The position numbers and the translations under genes are program-made. A stretch of DNA of 64,000 nt from Antedon mediterranea (taxonomy: Eukaryota; Animalia; Echinodermata), in NCBI RefSeq assembly GCF_964355755.1, contig NC_092675.1, positions 21,238,912 through 21,302,911 of the forward strand. The letters run 5' to 3'. Shown here in pieces: positions 28,151-40,422 of the stretch (position 1 is the stretch's first letter; every line of letters starts with the position of its first letter). Below the pieces are notes generated by a model. The model searched no databases and was not told where the DNA came from. It was given only the letters and a program-made list of their open reading frames with translations.

Positions 28151-28912
28151 CATCATAAAGAAGCAGGGATTTGAAATTAGATATTTATCTAATCAAATCT
28201 ATTAATGTTTTGTTGAGGAGGATGCTGTATTTTGGAAGATTTGATTAACTGTTCCATTCAAACTTTTATTGGGGATGGATGCATGGAAATGGATAAGCGG
28301 ATTAATGTATTATAGAGGATGGAATGTGTGTTGAACCATTCTATCGACTATGAGCGGTGTGCGGATACATATTGAAATAAATATGCCATTACAATAATTC
28401 ACTAACAATAGCCATTGAAGTAGCTAACTGAACCTTGTATTAAGTTAGATTAATTTATATGTAGTTACAATAAAGAGAAAACATAATACATTGAAAAGAG
28501 ATTCCAATAACAATTGTGTGAACTGAACCGTACACAAATAACATACAATTAATATTTAAAGGATCTGTATTTGTAGAAAATAATTTAGTAAAGCCGTCGC
28601 CGTTATTATTTAGAAAGCCGAGCTTTCTTCAAATTACTCTTTTTAAAAATAACTAGTAGACTTACCTTACTTTTTATGAAATGAGAGCTGGTATTCTTAA
28701 ACACACCCTGACGTTAAATATACTATCAGTATAACGACAAAGTTGTTATGGACTTAGTTCACGAGTTATTTCCTTGGTTCATTAAATAGAGTGCGTCCTC
28801 GCTATTAAAGTTAATTTTATTGAGGGCGTCGTTGCAACGCACCGCGGGTGGTACCATGGGCAAGCGGAGTAGAATGGCTTGCAACGTATCACGCTCTTTA
28901 AACACAATGATA

Positions 28913-31900
28913 GGAGTGACATTAATACCAATCTCAGGCGGACACTGAGTATTCTAGAGTCTCCTCTACAAATGCTTTATGAGTCGTGTTATCCACACAG
29001 TTAAACAAATTCTCATAACTAGATGGCACGCTCGCTTCGCTCGCGTACCATCTAGGGGTGCTCACAGATGGTTCTCGAATACAGTAGAATAGAATAGAGA
29101 CAACAAAACCAATACTGGATTCCATAAAGGACAATTAATTTATGTGGACTAAAGAAATTAGGGAGAAATGGAAATGTATGTACCGGGGAATTGGGCGGCA
29201 CGTGGTGGTGGTGATGGAACCGCAGTAATAAAGTTGATTGTATTTATATATTATAAGAACCAAACTAAATAAATAGACCTAGACATTCTGCGAAATGGAA
29301 ATCGGAAATTCAAGCTCCTATTCAGTGAAAAATTAAACTGTAGTCTACCTAAATATTTAGGGCAAATCATCGGTTGTGGTGGTTGAAATTCCTGTAAACA
29401 TTTGTGTGAACCAAACTGGGTCGAATTTCTGTCATGAGTACTGATTTGTTGGCCTGTGATTTATGACGCCTAAGGGATCTATCTAGACTTATTTTTTAGA
29501 ATAATGTACGTACCTGTCAGATACAATTGTCTTGTGTCGTATAATAAATAAGTACTGTAATAGTTACTGAAGTTACTATTACAATCTCGTCAATGAAAAC
29601 ACGAAAATGTATATGCACTTACTTATGAAAACGTATACAGTATTATACTCAGTTATTGAAACAGTAGGTTTAAAAAAGTTTCGTTTGTCTGTAAAATGAT
29701 GTAATCAAGCTGTTTACATGAGTCTTAATTTATAAGCACATCAATAATAAAATAGTTTATCTATCCTGTAATTGGCGACATTATGGTCGCTGTTGAATGA
29801 AATAAAGCCAATCGGTATCATATTTGTACAGAAACGTTTTCGCGGCCGAAGGGTGTAACCTAAATTCGTTGTATTATCGTCAAGAACTAACTGTAACTAA
29901 ACTTACATAGAAAGTAGGGTATCATAAATTTGGCCTTAGCACTCGGGGGAGTGGCTAAGATGAAGTCCGTGGGACTACTAAATATAAATTGTAATGAACA
30001 TAAATAGGAATATTTCATGTTTCATTATCAATGTATAATAAATGGAAACTGTTTACCGATTCAAATAATATAAATTGGTTTTTAACATTTTCCGAACCTA
30101 TTGCAAGTTTATTCTCAAAGGGCCCATATATTTACCTACCGTATGTGTTAAACCAAGGGCTCATAAATTTACCTACAGTACTTGTGTTAAACCAAACTCT
30201 GGCAGACTGAGAGATTGGGATGTTCCATTCATCGCAAATCAATACATTTGTATAATCGTATATTAAATCTATCAAAATAGTCTTTTTTAAAGAAAATCGG
30301 CCTGTCTTCAACATTATGATGGTGTACTCTAGCAATCTATCAAAATAGTATTTTTTTAAAGAAAATCGGCCTGTCTTCAACATTATGATGGTGTACTCTA
30401 GCTGTTCAACCGGTTTTCAGCTATTAAAAACAATTATCGTAGGAGGAGATAGGAAAATGCGAAGCCTCCTTGCTATGTAACATTAGGGTTGAGGGATGGG
30501 AAAGCGGATAGGTACAAAGAGGAACAATTTTTAAATATATTCTTTATCCACTGAGTAACGAAATATTTTGTTCATGTTTTATAGGCCTATAAATAATATA
30601 CCTCTAAATACAGTAGGCCTAAAACATTTGCGATTTAATACTTTGTTAAAACTGTCACTGTCATAATCGATTGAAATATTAAAGTACATGTCACGATACA
30701 CCACTACGACGTTTATATTTTTGGTAATTATTAATTAATACAAACGTTGAGAAGGAACTGTCAGTATAAAGTTTATTTGTATATCTAACAGTAGAGCCTA
30801 TCCACAGTCTCAGTAATAAAGTTTATTTGTATATATTTTTATATTACATCTAACAGTACGAACATTCACAGTAAGAAATGTTCGATTCAAATGAAAAATA
30901 GTTAATAGGTATTTACAGTATTGTCAAAGTATTGCAAGTTTATTCTCAAAGGGCCCATATATTTACCTACCGTATGTGTTAAACCAAGGGCTCATAAATT
31001 TACCTACAGTACTTGTGTTAAACCAAACTCTGGCAGACTGAGAGATTGGGATGTTCCATTCATCGCAAATCAATACATTTGTATAATCGTATATTAAATC
31101 TATCAAAATAGTATTTTTTTAAGAAAATCGGCCTGTCTTCAACATTATGATGCTGTACTCTAGCTGTTCAACCGGTTTTCAGCTATTAAAAACAATTATC
31201 GTAGGAGGAGATAGGAAAATGCGAAGCCTCCTCGCATTTTTTTGGCGGGTATTTTTCAAGATGGACATCCATTAGACAGTGTATACCACGATCGGAAAAC
31301 ACCCCTATTTGGGGCAAATCGTTGAACCTAAATTCGTTTTAATCGTCAATAACTAATTATCTAACTCAATTTAATTAGTAAACAGGGTTACATCAGGCGG
31401 TTAAAATCAGTACCGAAAGTACGAACCAACTTTACATACCATCGAGTGAAAATTCTAGAAGTAAGGCGCGATTTACCGAATTTTGCCCTTACGTAAATTT
31501 ATATATAGATTATTCACCACTAACATTATCAATAACTTCAGAGGTAGGCCTATAGCTCTAGTATCGTTCATATCACCTTCCCAAAAACCTTGGTAGTCCC
31601 TATTACTGTTGTAGGCCTAAGACTGAGCTAATTTATCAGCTCTCAGTTGTTGATCATTCTGTTTACACGTGCGTAATGCCAACTTAAAACGAGAACGAGA
31701 TATTTTCATAGAATGAAACAAGGGCCCATTCCTTGGTTTCCCGTTGTTAGTTCTCCATAATAAGAAGGCTTCACGAGCAACAGAATGCAGATCAGAAACA
31801 TAATCATTCCAGCCCGGCACAATATTATATGACTTGGACCTAGTGGGCTTCAAACATTCACTAGATGCACGTTTTAGGCAAGCAATAATATTGTTATACA

Positions 31901-32550
31901 GGTCATCATAAAGAAGCAGGGATTTGAAATTAGATATTTATCTAATCAAATCTATTAATGTTTTGTTGAGGAGGATGCTGTATTTTGGAAGATTTGATTA
32001 ACTGTTCCATTCAAACTTTTATTGGGGATGGATGGAAATGGATAAGCGAATTAATGGATTATATAGGATGGAATGTGTGTTGAACCATTCCATCGACTAT
32101 GTACGGATACATATATTGAAATAAATATGCCATTACAATAATTCACTAACAATAGCCATTGAAGTAGCTAACTGAACCTTGTATTAAGTTAGATTAATTT
32201 ATATGTAGTTACAATAAAGAGAAAACATAATATAATACATTGAAAAGAGATTCCAATAACAATTGTGTGAACTGAACCGTACACAAATAGCATACAATTA
32301 ATATTTAAAGGATCTGTATTTGTAGAAAATAATTTAGTAAAGCCGTCGTGTATTCTTAAACACACCCTGACGTTAAATATACTATCAGTATAATGACAAA
32401 GTTGTTATGGACTTAGTTCACGAGTTATTTCCTTGGTTCATTAAATAGAGTGCGTCCTCGCTATTAAAGTTAATGTTATACTTTATTGAGGGCGTCGTTG
32501 CAACGCACCGCGGGTGGTACCATGGGCAAGCGGAGTAGAATGGCTTGCAA
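28913..32550 (-). repeat. Tandem duplicate of 27640-28884 (LINE 5' part plus flank), split by a Helitron
   Basis: 28913-29015 matches 27638-27735; 31511-32550 matches 27766-28884; ORF 31617-31853 repeats the LINE ORF N-terminus. Confidence 0.85.
29019..31509 (-). mobile_element. Non-autonomous Helitron (2.5 kb), same family as 16666-17995
   Basis: Minus-strand 5' TCTATATATAAATTTACGTAAGGGC at 31509; 3' hairpin plus CTAG at 29019; A|T target; internal duplication 30099-30470 vs 30930-31232. Confidence 0.88.
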
Positions 32551-33164
32551 CAAATGATTGTATGTCGCTTGCCGTGGTCCTCTATAAAACATCAACTGAT
32601 ATTGTCGTAAATACTCTATCAATAACGAAACACACCCATGTATAAATGATTATGCGCAGTATGATTGCTCTATTCACATGTATGCGTCGAAGATCAATTG
32701 ACAAAAACAAACGTATTGCTAAACAACTGTCTTTATTTCCTTAAAATTAGACCACGGAAAGATTATTACTTATTATTATTATTATAAGTGTTCGATTCTA
32801 ATTGTTTAAATAAAATATGTAATTATTATATTTTGATTATTATATTTCAGCAAAGCATAATAAACACGTATGTAATAAATACAAATATGTAATTAAGCAA
32901 TAAAATATTCAAATTCCAGACTGAGATTTAAATGTATTAACTTGATATAGGCCTAACCTGAGATTTTACTGTATGGACCTAACTTGCTATATCACTGTAA
33001 CTTGATATAACCTGAGGTTTAACTGTAACTTGCTAATCACTGTAACTTGAAATACTGGAAATTGAATATTATATCAACTCGTTATCTACATTATTGTTTT
33101 ACGGTTCGTTTATGTTTTCAATAATCGAATGGGACACTCATGGTGTGTTTACTATTTGACTGCA

Positions 33165-35690
33165 TTATTCAAAATCAAATACTAATCCGGTGGTATGAAG
33201 ATTCTCTCTGATAACAACATCAAACTGCTCATTTTGAGCAACAGTGAAGTGGTTCTTCCAGTCACCAATTTGACCTTAACATAGATAATAAAGATATTTT
33301 CTGTTGGAATATGTACAAGTGCAATATGGAAAGTTAATTATAAGACCAGAAATTGTAAATAAAATAATACAACAATGACTATTACGGTAGCCAATATACC
33401 ACTATGTTATTTTTCGAGAATTATTTGCTGGAAAAAATCGCGCTGCACTTACTATCCAATTACAACACAACGAATTATTCTGACTAGAGGGTGAGCTCGC
33501 TTCGCTCGCTCCCCCTCTAGGAAGTGTAGACGATGGTTCTCGGAATGATAATGACTCAGGACGTAAAAAGTCTTAGAAGGACATTCTGGCCTGGACAATT
33601 TCGGTCGGTTACCATTATTTAAATGCTTTTGATATTCGTAAAACTAAACGTACTCACTAACCTAAAATAACAAATGCTTGGTAAATTGTAGATAACAATC
33701 CGAAGAAATCTATACTAAAAATAGTATAATTGTGTTATAAATATAATACAATATTGTGTGTATAAATGTGGATGGGCGTTTATTAGATGTATTTGGGGTT
33801 GGGGGGGGGGGGGAGAGTGGTGAGTAGCGAGATATTTATTTAAATTGATGTTTTGTTCCGGGCGTTTATTCAAATAAATACCATCCTAATTGGTATAATT
33901 AATACATTATTCCGCGACACAGTGGCCTAAGAAGGAAGACGTTTTAGACGGCTTGCAACATGGGCAGAAGTATCCCAGGGTCCTGACGGGACACAGATAG
34001 CGCACAGTATACATAAAGTCCTGGCAGATTAAGATTGCACAGCTAGCAGATGACACTGTGCTTTTTCTAAAGGATATAAATAGTATAGATAACAGCATAA
34101 GTATTATTGAAAAGTTTGGAGAGGTTTCTGGATTAAAATTAAATAAGAATAAAACAAATGCTTTTTGGCTTGGCAGTTTAAGAGACTGCAAGGACACACA
34201 TGGTAACATTTCTTGGACATCCACACCAATTCGGATATTAGGTATCTATGTTGGACATGATAAGGAATATTGTTATCAAAAGAACTGGAAAGAAAAAATA
34301 GACGCATTAGAAAATACCCTAAAAACATGGGAGAAAAGACACCTCACTTTTTTTGGAAGAATTACTATTGTAAAAACATTAGCGCTCTCAAAAATTATAT
34401 ACAATTCCTGCATTTTGCTAGTACCAGAAAAAGTAATAAAAGAGGTGGATAAATTAATTTTTAAATTCATTTGGGAAACCAAGAAAGAGAAAATAAAAAG
34501 AAAAACCATGTGTGCCAATTACAGTCAAGGTGGTCTAAAAATGGTAGAATTCAGATCTCAGGTAATATCTTTCCAAGTTAAATGGTACAGGAGACTGTAT
34601 GAAAACGATGATGCCAAATGGAAATATTTACCTACATTTTATATAGAAAAGATAGGCCCAAAATCATTAACCTCAAATTTATCAAAAGTTCCGTGTAATA
34701 TATCCGTACCACCATTTTACCTCTCAGTTATTAAGTCTATAGCAGTAGCTAATGCTTGTAATAATAGATTAAATAAGGAACCAATAAGCTATGATGACAT
34801 TATTAATCAATCATTATGGGGTAATGAGTTTATATGTATTAAAAAGAAGCCGTTATATAACTGTAACTGGATTAGTTCAGGGTTTTTAAAAATATATGAT
34901 GTAATAAATAATAATGTGTTTAAGCCTGCGATAGAGATAAAAAGATGGTTAAGATGTACACAAAATTGGATCAGTGAATATTCATGTATATTGAAAGCCA
35001 TTCCAAAAGAATGGAAATGTATTTTAAAATCAACACATGACATTAATGTAAATGATATACCTATTACAAACAATAAGGTCTTAAATATGACGTCTAGACA
35101 ATTATATAGATTCATAATAGATGCTCAATATATTACACCTACGGCACAGGTTAAGTGGGAATCCATATTTGGTAATATGCCATGGACAAAAATATGGGTT
35201 AAGAAAGTTTCTGGTCTTAAAGAAAAAAAACTGGCACATTTTAATTTTAAATTGTTGCACAGAATATTGCCAACAAATGAAAGATTACATAGGTGGAGAC
35301 TTGTAAATTCCCCATGTTGTGACACATGCAATGTTATTGAGAATGATAAACATATGTTAGTAGAGTGCATAACAGTAAAATGTTTATGGAGAGAGATAAA
35401 CGAAATAATTAGAGCAGTAAGCATACATATTCCTGTTTTTTCTTTCAAAAGACTTTTATTTGAAACTGACAATAATTACGTAAATAAATTATACACTTTA
35501 GGAGCATTTTGTATTTATAAAGTAAAGATATTAAGTTTATTGGAAAAAGAAAAAAAAATCAATCTCCTACAAATGTTTAAATCTGAAAAAAAGATAAGAA
35601 ATATGTAAATCTGCAGGTATACTGTATATGCTCAACCAGATTAAGGAAGAAAATATGTAAAAGAGATACCATGAATGATGAATCTATTAT

Positions 35691-35726
<36 letters not shown>

Positions 35727-38700
35727 CTTGCTACTATATTGTATGTTTTGTAAATATGTATACCTTGATGATTTGAAAACAAAAAGACAAAATGTGAAAA
35801 GCTTTTTATAGATTGATGATAAAAAAAAATGATGAAGGATAAGAAGGTTTAGGTTTAAGTGGTGAAGTGTTTTCATCAAAGCTTTCATATTATAGGTATA
35901 TACCGTATATATGTAATTTGCACATTCTTACTGCATGTGGAATTTTGAAATGATAAAATGGTTAAAAAGAAAAAAAAAATTCTAATTTTTTTAATGGATC
36001 ATTAAACACAAATGTTGTTAAATGATAATGTATGTATGAAAAAATAATAGAATAAATAATAAGTAAAAAAAAAATAATTGAATGAACCCACATAGGAAAA
36101 AAAAAGTTAAATGAAACTTTGATGGGTTATACTGTAGATGCAAAAAAGGATAATCTGTTGGAAATAAATTTTGTAAACATTTAAAGATAAAAAAAAAATC
36201 AATGTTAAAGGATGAGGAAAATATAATGTTAACAGTAAAAAGTTTGTAAGTAATTAGTATAACAGAGAATAAGCATTGTTTAAATGAAAATATGTTTGCA
36301 TAGATAAATCCAAAGAAAAATAAAATGGGACAAACCCATGGGATGGATTTATTAAACATAAACGTATTATAATTGTATGAAATAAATATGCATGTAGATG
36401 AAAAAAAAAACAAAACAACTATGTAAGAAAAAAATAAGCTTTGTTAATGAAAATGTGTTATAGATAATATGTATAAAAAGAGGAAACCAGGTAATCAATG
36501 TGGTTAAATGATAATGTATGTATAAACAAAATAATATATGGAAATAGTTTTTAAAGAAAATAAGAAAAAAAAAAAAAAGTGGAATGAATCCACATAAGAG
36601 AAGAATGTAAAAAAGTTAAATGAAAATTTAAGAAGTTATAGATGCAAAAAAAGATCTGCTGGAAATAAAAGTTTTGTAAACATTAAAGAACAAAAATATT
36701 AATATTAAGGTTAAAGAATGAGAACAATATTATGTTAACAGTAAACATATAGTAAGTAATGAGTATAACAGAGAATATGCATTGTTAAATGAAAATGTGG
36801 TAGATGAAAAAATCAAAAACAACTATGTAAGAAAAAAATAAGCTTGTTAATGAAAATGTGTTACAAATAATATGTTTAAAAAGAGGAAGCTATGTAATCA
36901 ATGTGATAATATGTAAACAAATGAATAAAACTCTTTAAATAAGTATATGTATACAGATGATTAAACAAACATTGTAAATATAATGATATGTATTAGTGTA
37001 TAGTGAAAAATATATGTAAAGAGAACAGTGGTATGGAAATAAAAGTGGGATGAACCCACATAAGATAAAAAAAAAAAAAAGTCCTGGCAGCTTACTCAAC
37101 AACTCGGCTATCGGGGTTTCATTCGATTTCAAAACAAAAACTCTTATCATCAATTCTCTCGATGTAATGTAATTTTATATAATTAATTCCCACAATTTAC
37201 TCCTATGTTTCATGAATGTATTTAATTTGATCTTTATGTACTACTATACTGAAAATAAACAAAAAATCTAAATGGCTATCGCCACTAAGCACCAACGGCC
37301 AACTTAGTTGAAACAGGTAGTTGTTTTACAACTCCCTGGTTGAAACCAACACCTTACCGTGAACCCGGAAATTACTTCTACCGCGCGTAGAGTTAAAATT
37401 TACCGATTGAAATCAGAAAATTTCTTATAAAACCCTTTATAATATCTTCCTAAGATAGAAATATGGAACAATAGCGTCGATGTGAAAACTAATGTTATCA
37501 AATCTACGTTTCACAGTACATCTGAGATAGATAAGGTTTGTACCGAAGTTTTTGCATTGTGCTCGCCTATGTCAGAATTAACCATAATTTATATATAGAT
37601 GCATGTCTCTGCTTTCGAACTGATGTTCAATTCGCTATAGATATTGAAGCTCAGGTTTTTTTTATCGCAAAAAATAGAAACATGCGACCTCATTTTCTGA
37701 AGCGAAAAGCTCAATGATCTAGAATTCGTCGCACATATGGATTTGGCAACTAGGAATATGAATATAATAATATAATATATATGTGCCTAAATAGCAACAA
37801 CCAACCTTTTCGAATAAACGGTGCCTTTCCCAATATTTTTGTCAGAAACACTCCACCGGGTATATTCTTCTCAATGTTATCGTACGTTTTCTTCATATTG
37901 TTCACCTCCGAGTGATGAACAACAAGTTAAAGTTTTTCGTCAGTTAGATTGCACTCTAGGTGATCGGCAAACCTGACAATCGATCCTCTAGGATCCTAAA
38001 AATAACAGACAAACCAACACCAATATTTTGAGAGTTATTAAATACCCTTAGTCTACTAATGTGATTTTAGGCTTATATCATTTAACCAAGAAATTATATC
38101 TTCTATAAATTGACACACTGACACGTTAACACTGTAGGTAGCTAGTTATGAGAAACTGTCAATGAAATATCTTTTATTTAATACTCCACTATACAAACTA
38201 TATCCATACCTTTTTCATATCTTCATACTTCATAAACAACAAGTTTGAATCATGTCGATGTTTCCAGAAATCCAAAACGTGTGTAAAGAATCCACCGAAT
38301 AGCACTGGAAACAAAATTATTGTAACACAGTAGATTAAACGTGTCTAATACAACTGTTGCAACTGAAGAGAGCCCTTTATTTTTAAGTTAATTTTAATTT
38401 TAATTTAATGTCAGCTTCAAAATAACCTTAGCAAATAATTAATTCTTACGTACAATGATTAATTTTCTTAAATCCTACCTGATGACGAAGTCTATTCTAT
38501 GATAAACATGTTACTTTCGATAAACTACATGAATTTATATACACATGGTTGTTACCGTACTATACCTTATATTATACTATACTTAACAACAAGAGTTATA
38601 ATCAATTGTCGGCAAACTAAAGTATTATAAGATTATTCTTACATCTTAGATTATATTATATTTATTGAATCAGTAGTTTTTACAAAAAAATACGAAAAAA

Positions 38701-40422
38701 AACAAATTTACACACAAAAATGAGTCACAAAAATGTACTTTTTTCATCATTTCCTTAAAGATCACAATGTGATATTTAATGAATGCGGAAGAATGAACAG
38801 CAGCTTGTTACACTTCTAAACAATATTTACTTAAGCAAAAAGAAAAATGGTAGGCTTAAACTTTTTTCATACACAATTAGTATAATTAGTTGTGATTAAG
38901 CATGTATGTGTATATGTATAAGGTTGTTATGTTTTCTTACAATTATCTTGTTTTGTCCATTCATTAACAAATCCATCCCAATCTGAATCCGGCATTCCCA
39001 TTTCTTTAAAAGCATGATACATAGATACGCCACAATCCTTAGGATTTCGAGTTACATATATCACCTATAAGAGAAGTAGACCTATATTCACACTTGTTCT
39101 GTTGAATATTCCGCCGTTCAGTTCTTCGTACGATTTTCTAACAAAACGGTACCGTCTTTCGTTCCGGGAGTCATTCGAAATAATAAAAAGAACGCCTGCA
39201 CACGATTTTCCATCATGGTATTGGTTATATGGAATATGAAATAACGAGATTGCTGTAATATTGCGTGGTGCTGGCTCCCTTTCATCCTGTCTGCACCAGA
39301 CTTGTTCTCCCTTTTGTTCATTTCCATTCAGATTTACTCACAGTTGGAAAAACAAAATAACCATTGAATGAATGAATGATAAAATATGGAGACTCCATTG
39401 ATATACTGGTACACTTCAATATGCTTTAAAAAAAAAACCACAGAAACAACTATGTGTGGTGGCCCCCTTTCAACCTGTCTGCACCAGACCTGTTCTCCCT
39501 TTTGTTCATTTCCATTCAGATTCACTCAGTTGGAAAAACAAAGTAACTATACAAAAATGAATGTTTAGTTAGTTGAACGGGGAATATTTTTTCCTTACAA
39601 GTATTTTGATTGACAAAAGAGATTTTTTTCTCTATACCGTATACAGCGGGTAAATTATAAGAAGTTTTGGATAAGGTAAAAGGTATACTACAAATTGAAA
39701 TATGCTTACCTTAGGTTTCTTGGTAAATACTTGAGGTGGTAGTAGGGATTTGGGCAGGTGCGTGAGAATTACTCTACGACTTGTTTTTGCCTCCAATGTT
39801 TTATAATAAGGCACAGTAGATGTGAAGTCAGTTATGTCCTTTAGGTATGACATTTCTAAACATGCTTCCATACAGGTACGGTCTATTTTGTCCGGATCAC
39901 CACCAGTAAGAATTAGATTAATAATTTCACATGCCCAGTGTGTGCCTAAATTAAAAACATATAAAACATAAAAACAATCTCGGTAATAAATTACATTTCG
40001 CAAGATATATAGACCAAAAATTAAAGTTAAATTTACCTAATCATAACTTAATAATACCGACAGAGCATTATTACAGTAGTCTCCATTCAAGACTTCTATT
40101 TTACTGACTTCCATCGATGGTCATTTAGGTGTATCTATATGGTGTCTATCAGCTGTAGAATCGGATAAAAGTTATATCTATAACTAGTCTAGTTATATAT
40201 ACATTAACAATGTTCCAAACATTAATAGCATTAATCAATGTGTTAACATTAATTTGATCATTTTGTTAACCTTATTTAGGCCTACTTACCACACTTAGCG
40301 TAAGTCACCAAGAAGATATCATCGGCTCGAACTTCAAACGTTGACATGGCATCCAAGTTTTCAGGGGGAACAAACAACATGTTAAATTTGAAACCTTTGT
40401 AGTAGTAACAGCCTTCTTCCAT
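33165..40422 (-). CDS. SULT: Cytosolic sulfotransferase paralog 5 (~295 aa, 6 exons)
   Basis: Exons 40422-40290, 39945-39710, 39064-38941, 38304-38210, 37995-37806, 33274-33165; 888 nt in frame; motifs intact; last intron expanded to 4.5 kb by TE insertion. Confidence 0.9.
34030..35608 (+). mobile_element. L1/Tx1-clade LINE ORF2 3' half (RT C-terminus plus CCHC zinc finger)
   Basis: QLADDT, SGLKLNKNKT, ILGIY, WEKRHLTFFGRITIVKTL, GGLKM, CDTCx8Hx4C; open frame of more than 516 aa; 5'-truncated. Confidence 0.92.
36015..36905. repeat. A-rich ~490-bp diverged tandem duplication
   Basis: gttaaatgataatgtatgtat at 36017 and 36503; aaaacaactatgtaagaaaaaaataagc at ~36412 and ~36816. Confidence 0.7.
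39230..39560. repeat. Short direct duplication in SULT paralog 5 intron 2
   Basis: cctgtctgcaccagac..gttctccc..ttgttcatttccattcagatt..agttggaaaaacaaa at ~39286 and ~39474. Confidence 0.7.

Larger units (their letters stand above)
33484..37599 (-). mobile_element. Non-autonomous Helitron (~4.1 kb) containing an L1/Tx1 fragment
   Basis: 5' TCTATATATAAATT at 37599 preceded by A; 3' hairpin (ctagagggtgagc tcgcttcgctc gctccccctctag on +) ending CTAG at 33484 followed by T. Confidence 0.72.

Noticed and set aside
33907-36413. Several antisense or overlapping ORFs and a poly-Lys ORF
   Set aside because: Shadows of the Tx1 ORF and of poly-T or A-rich low-complexity DNA.
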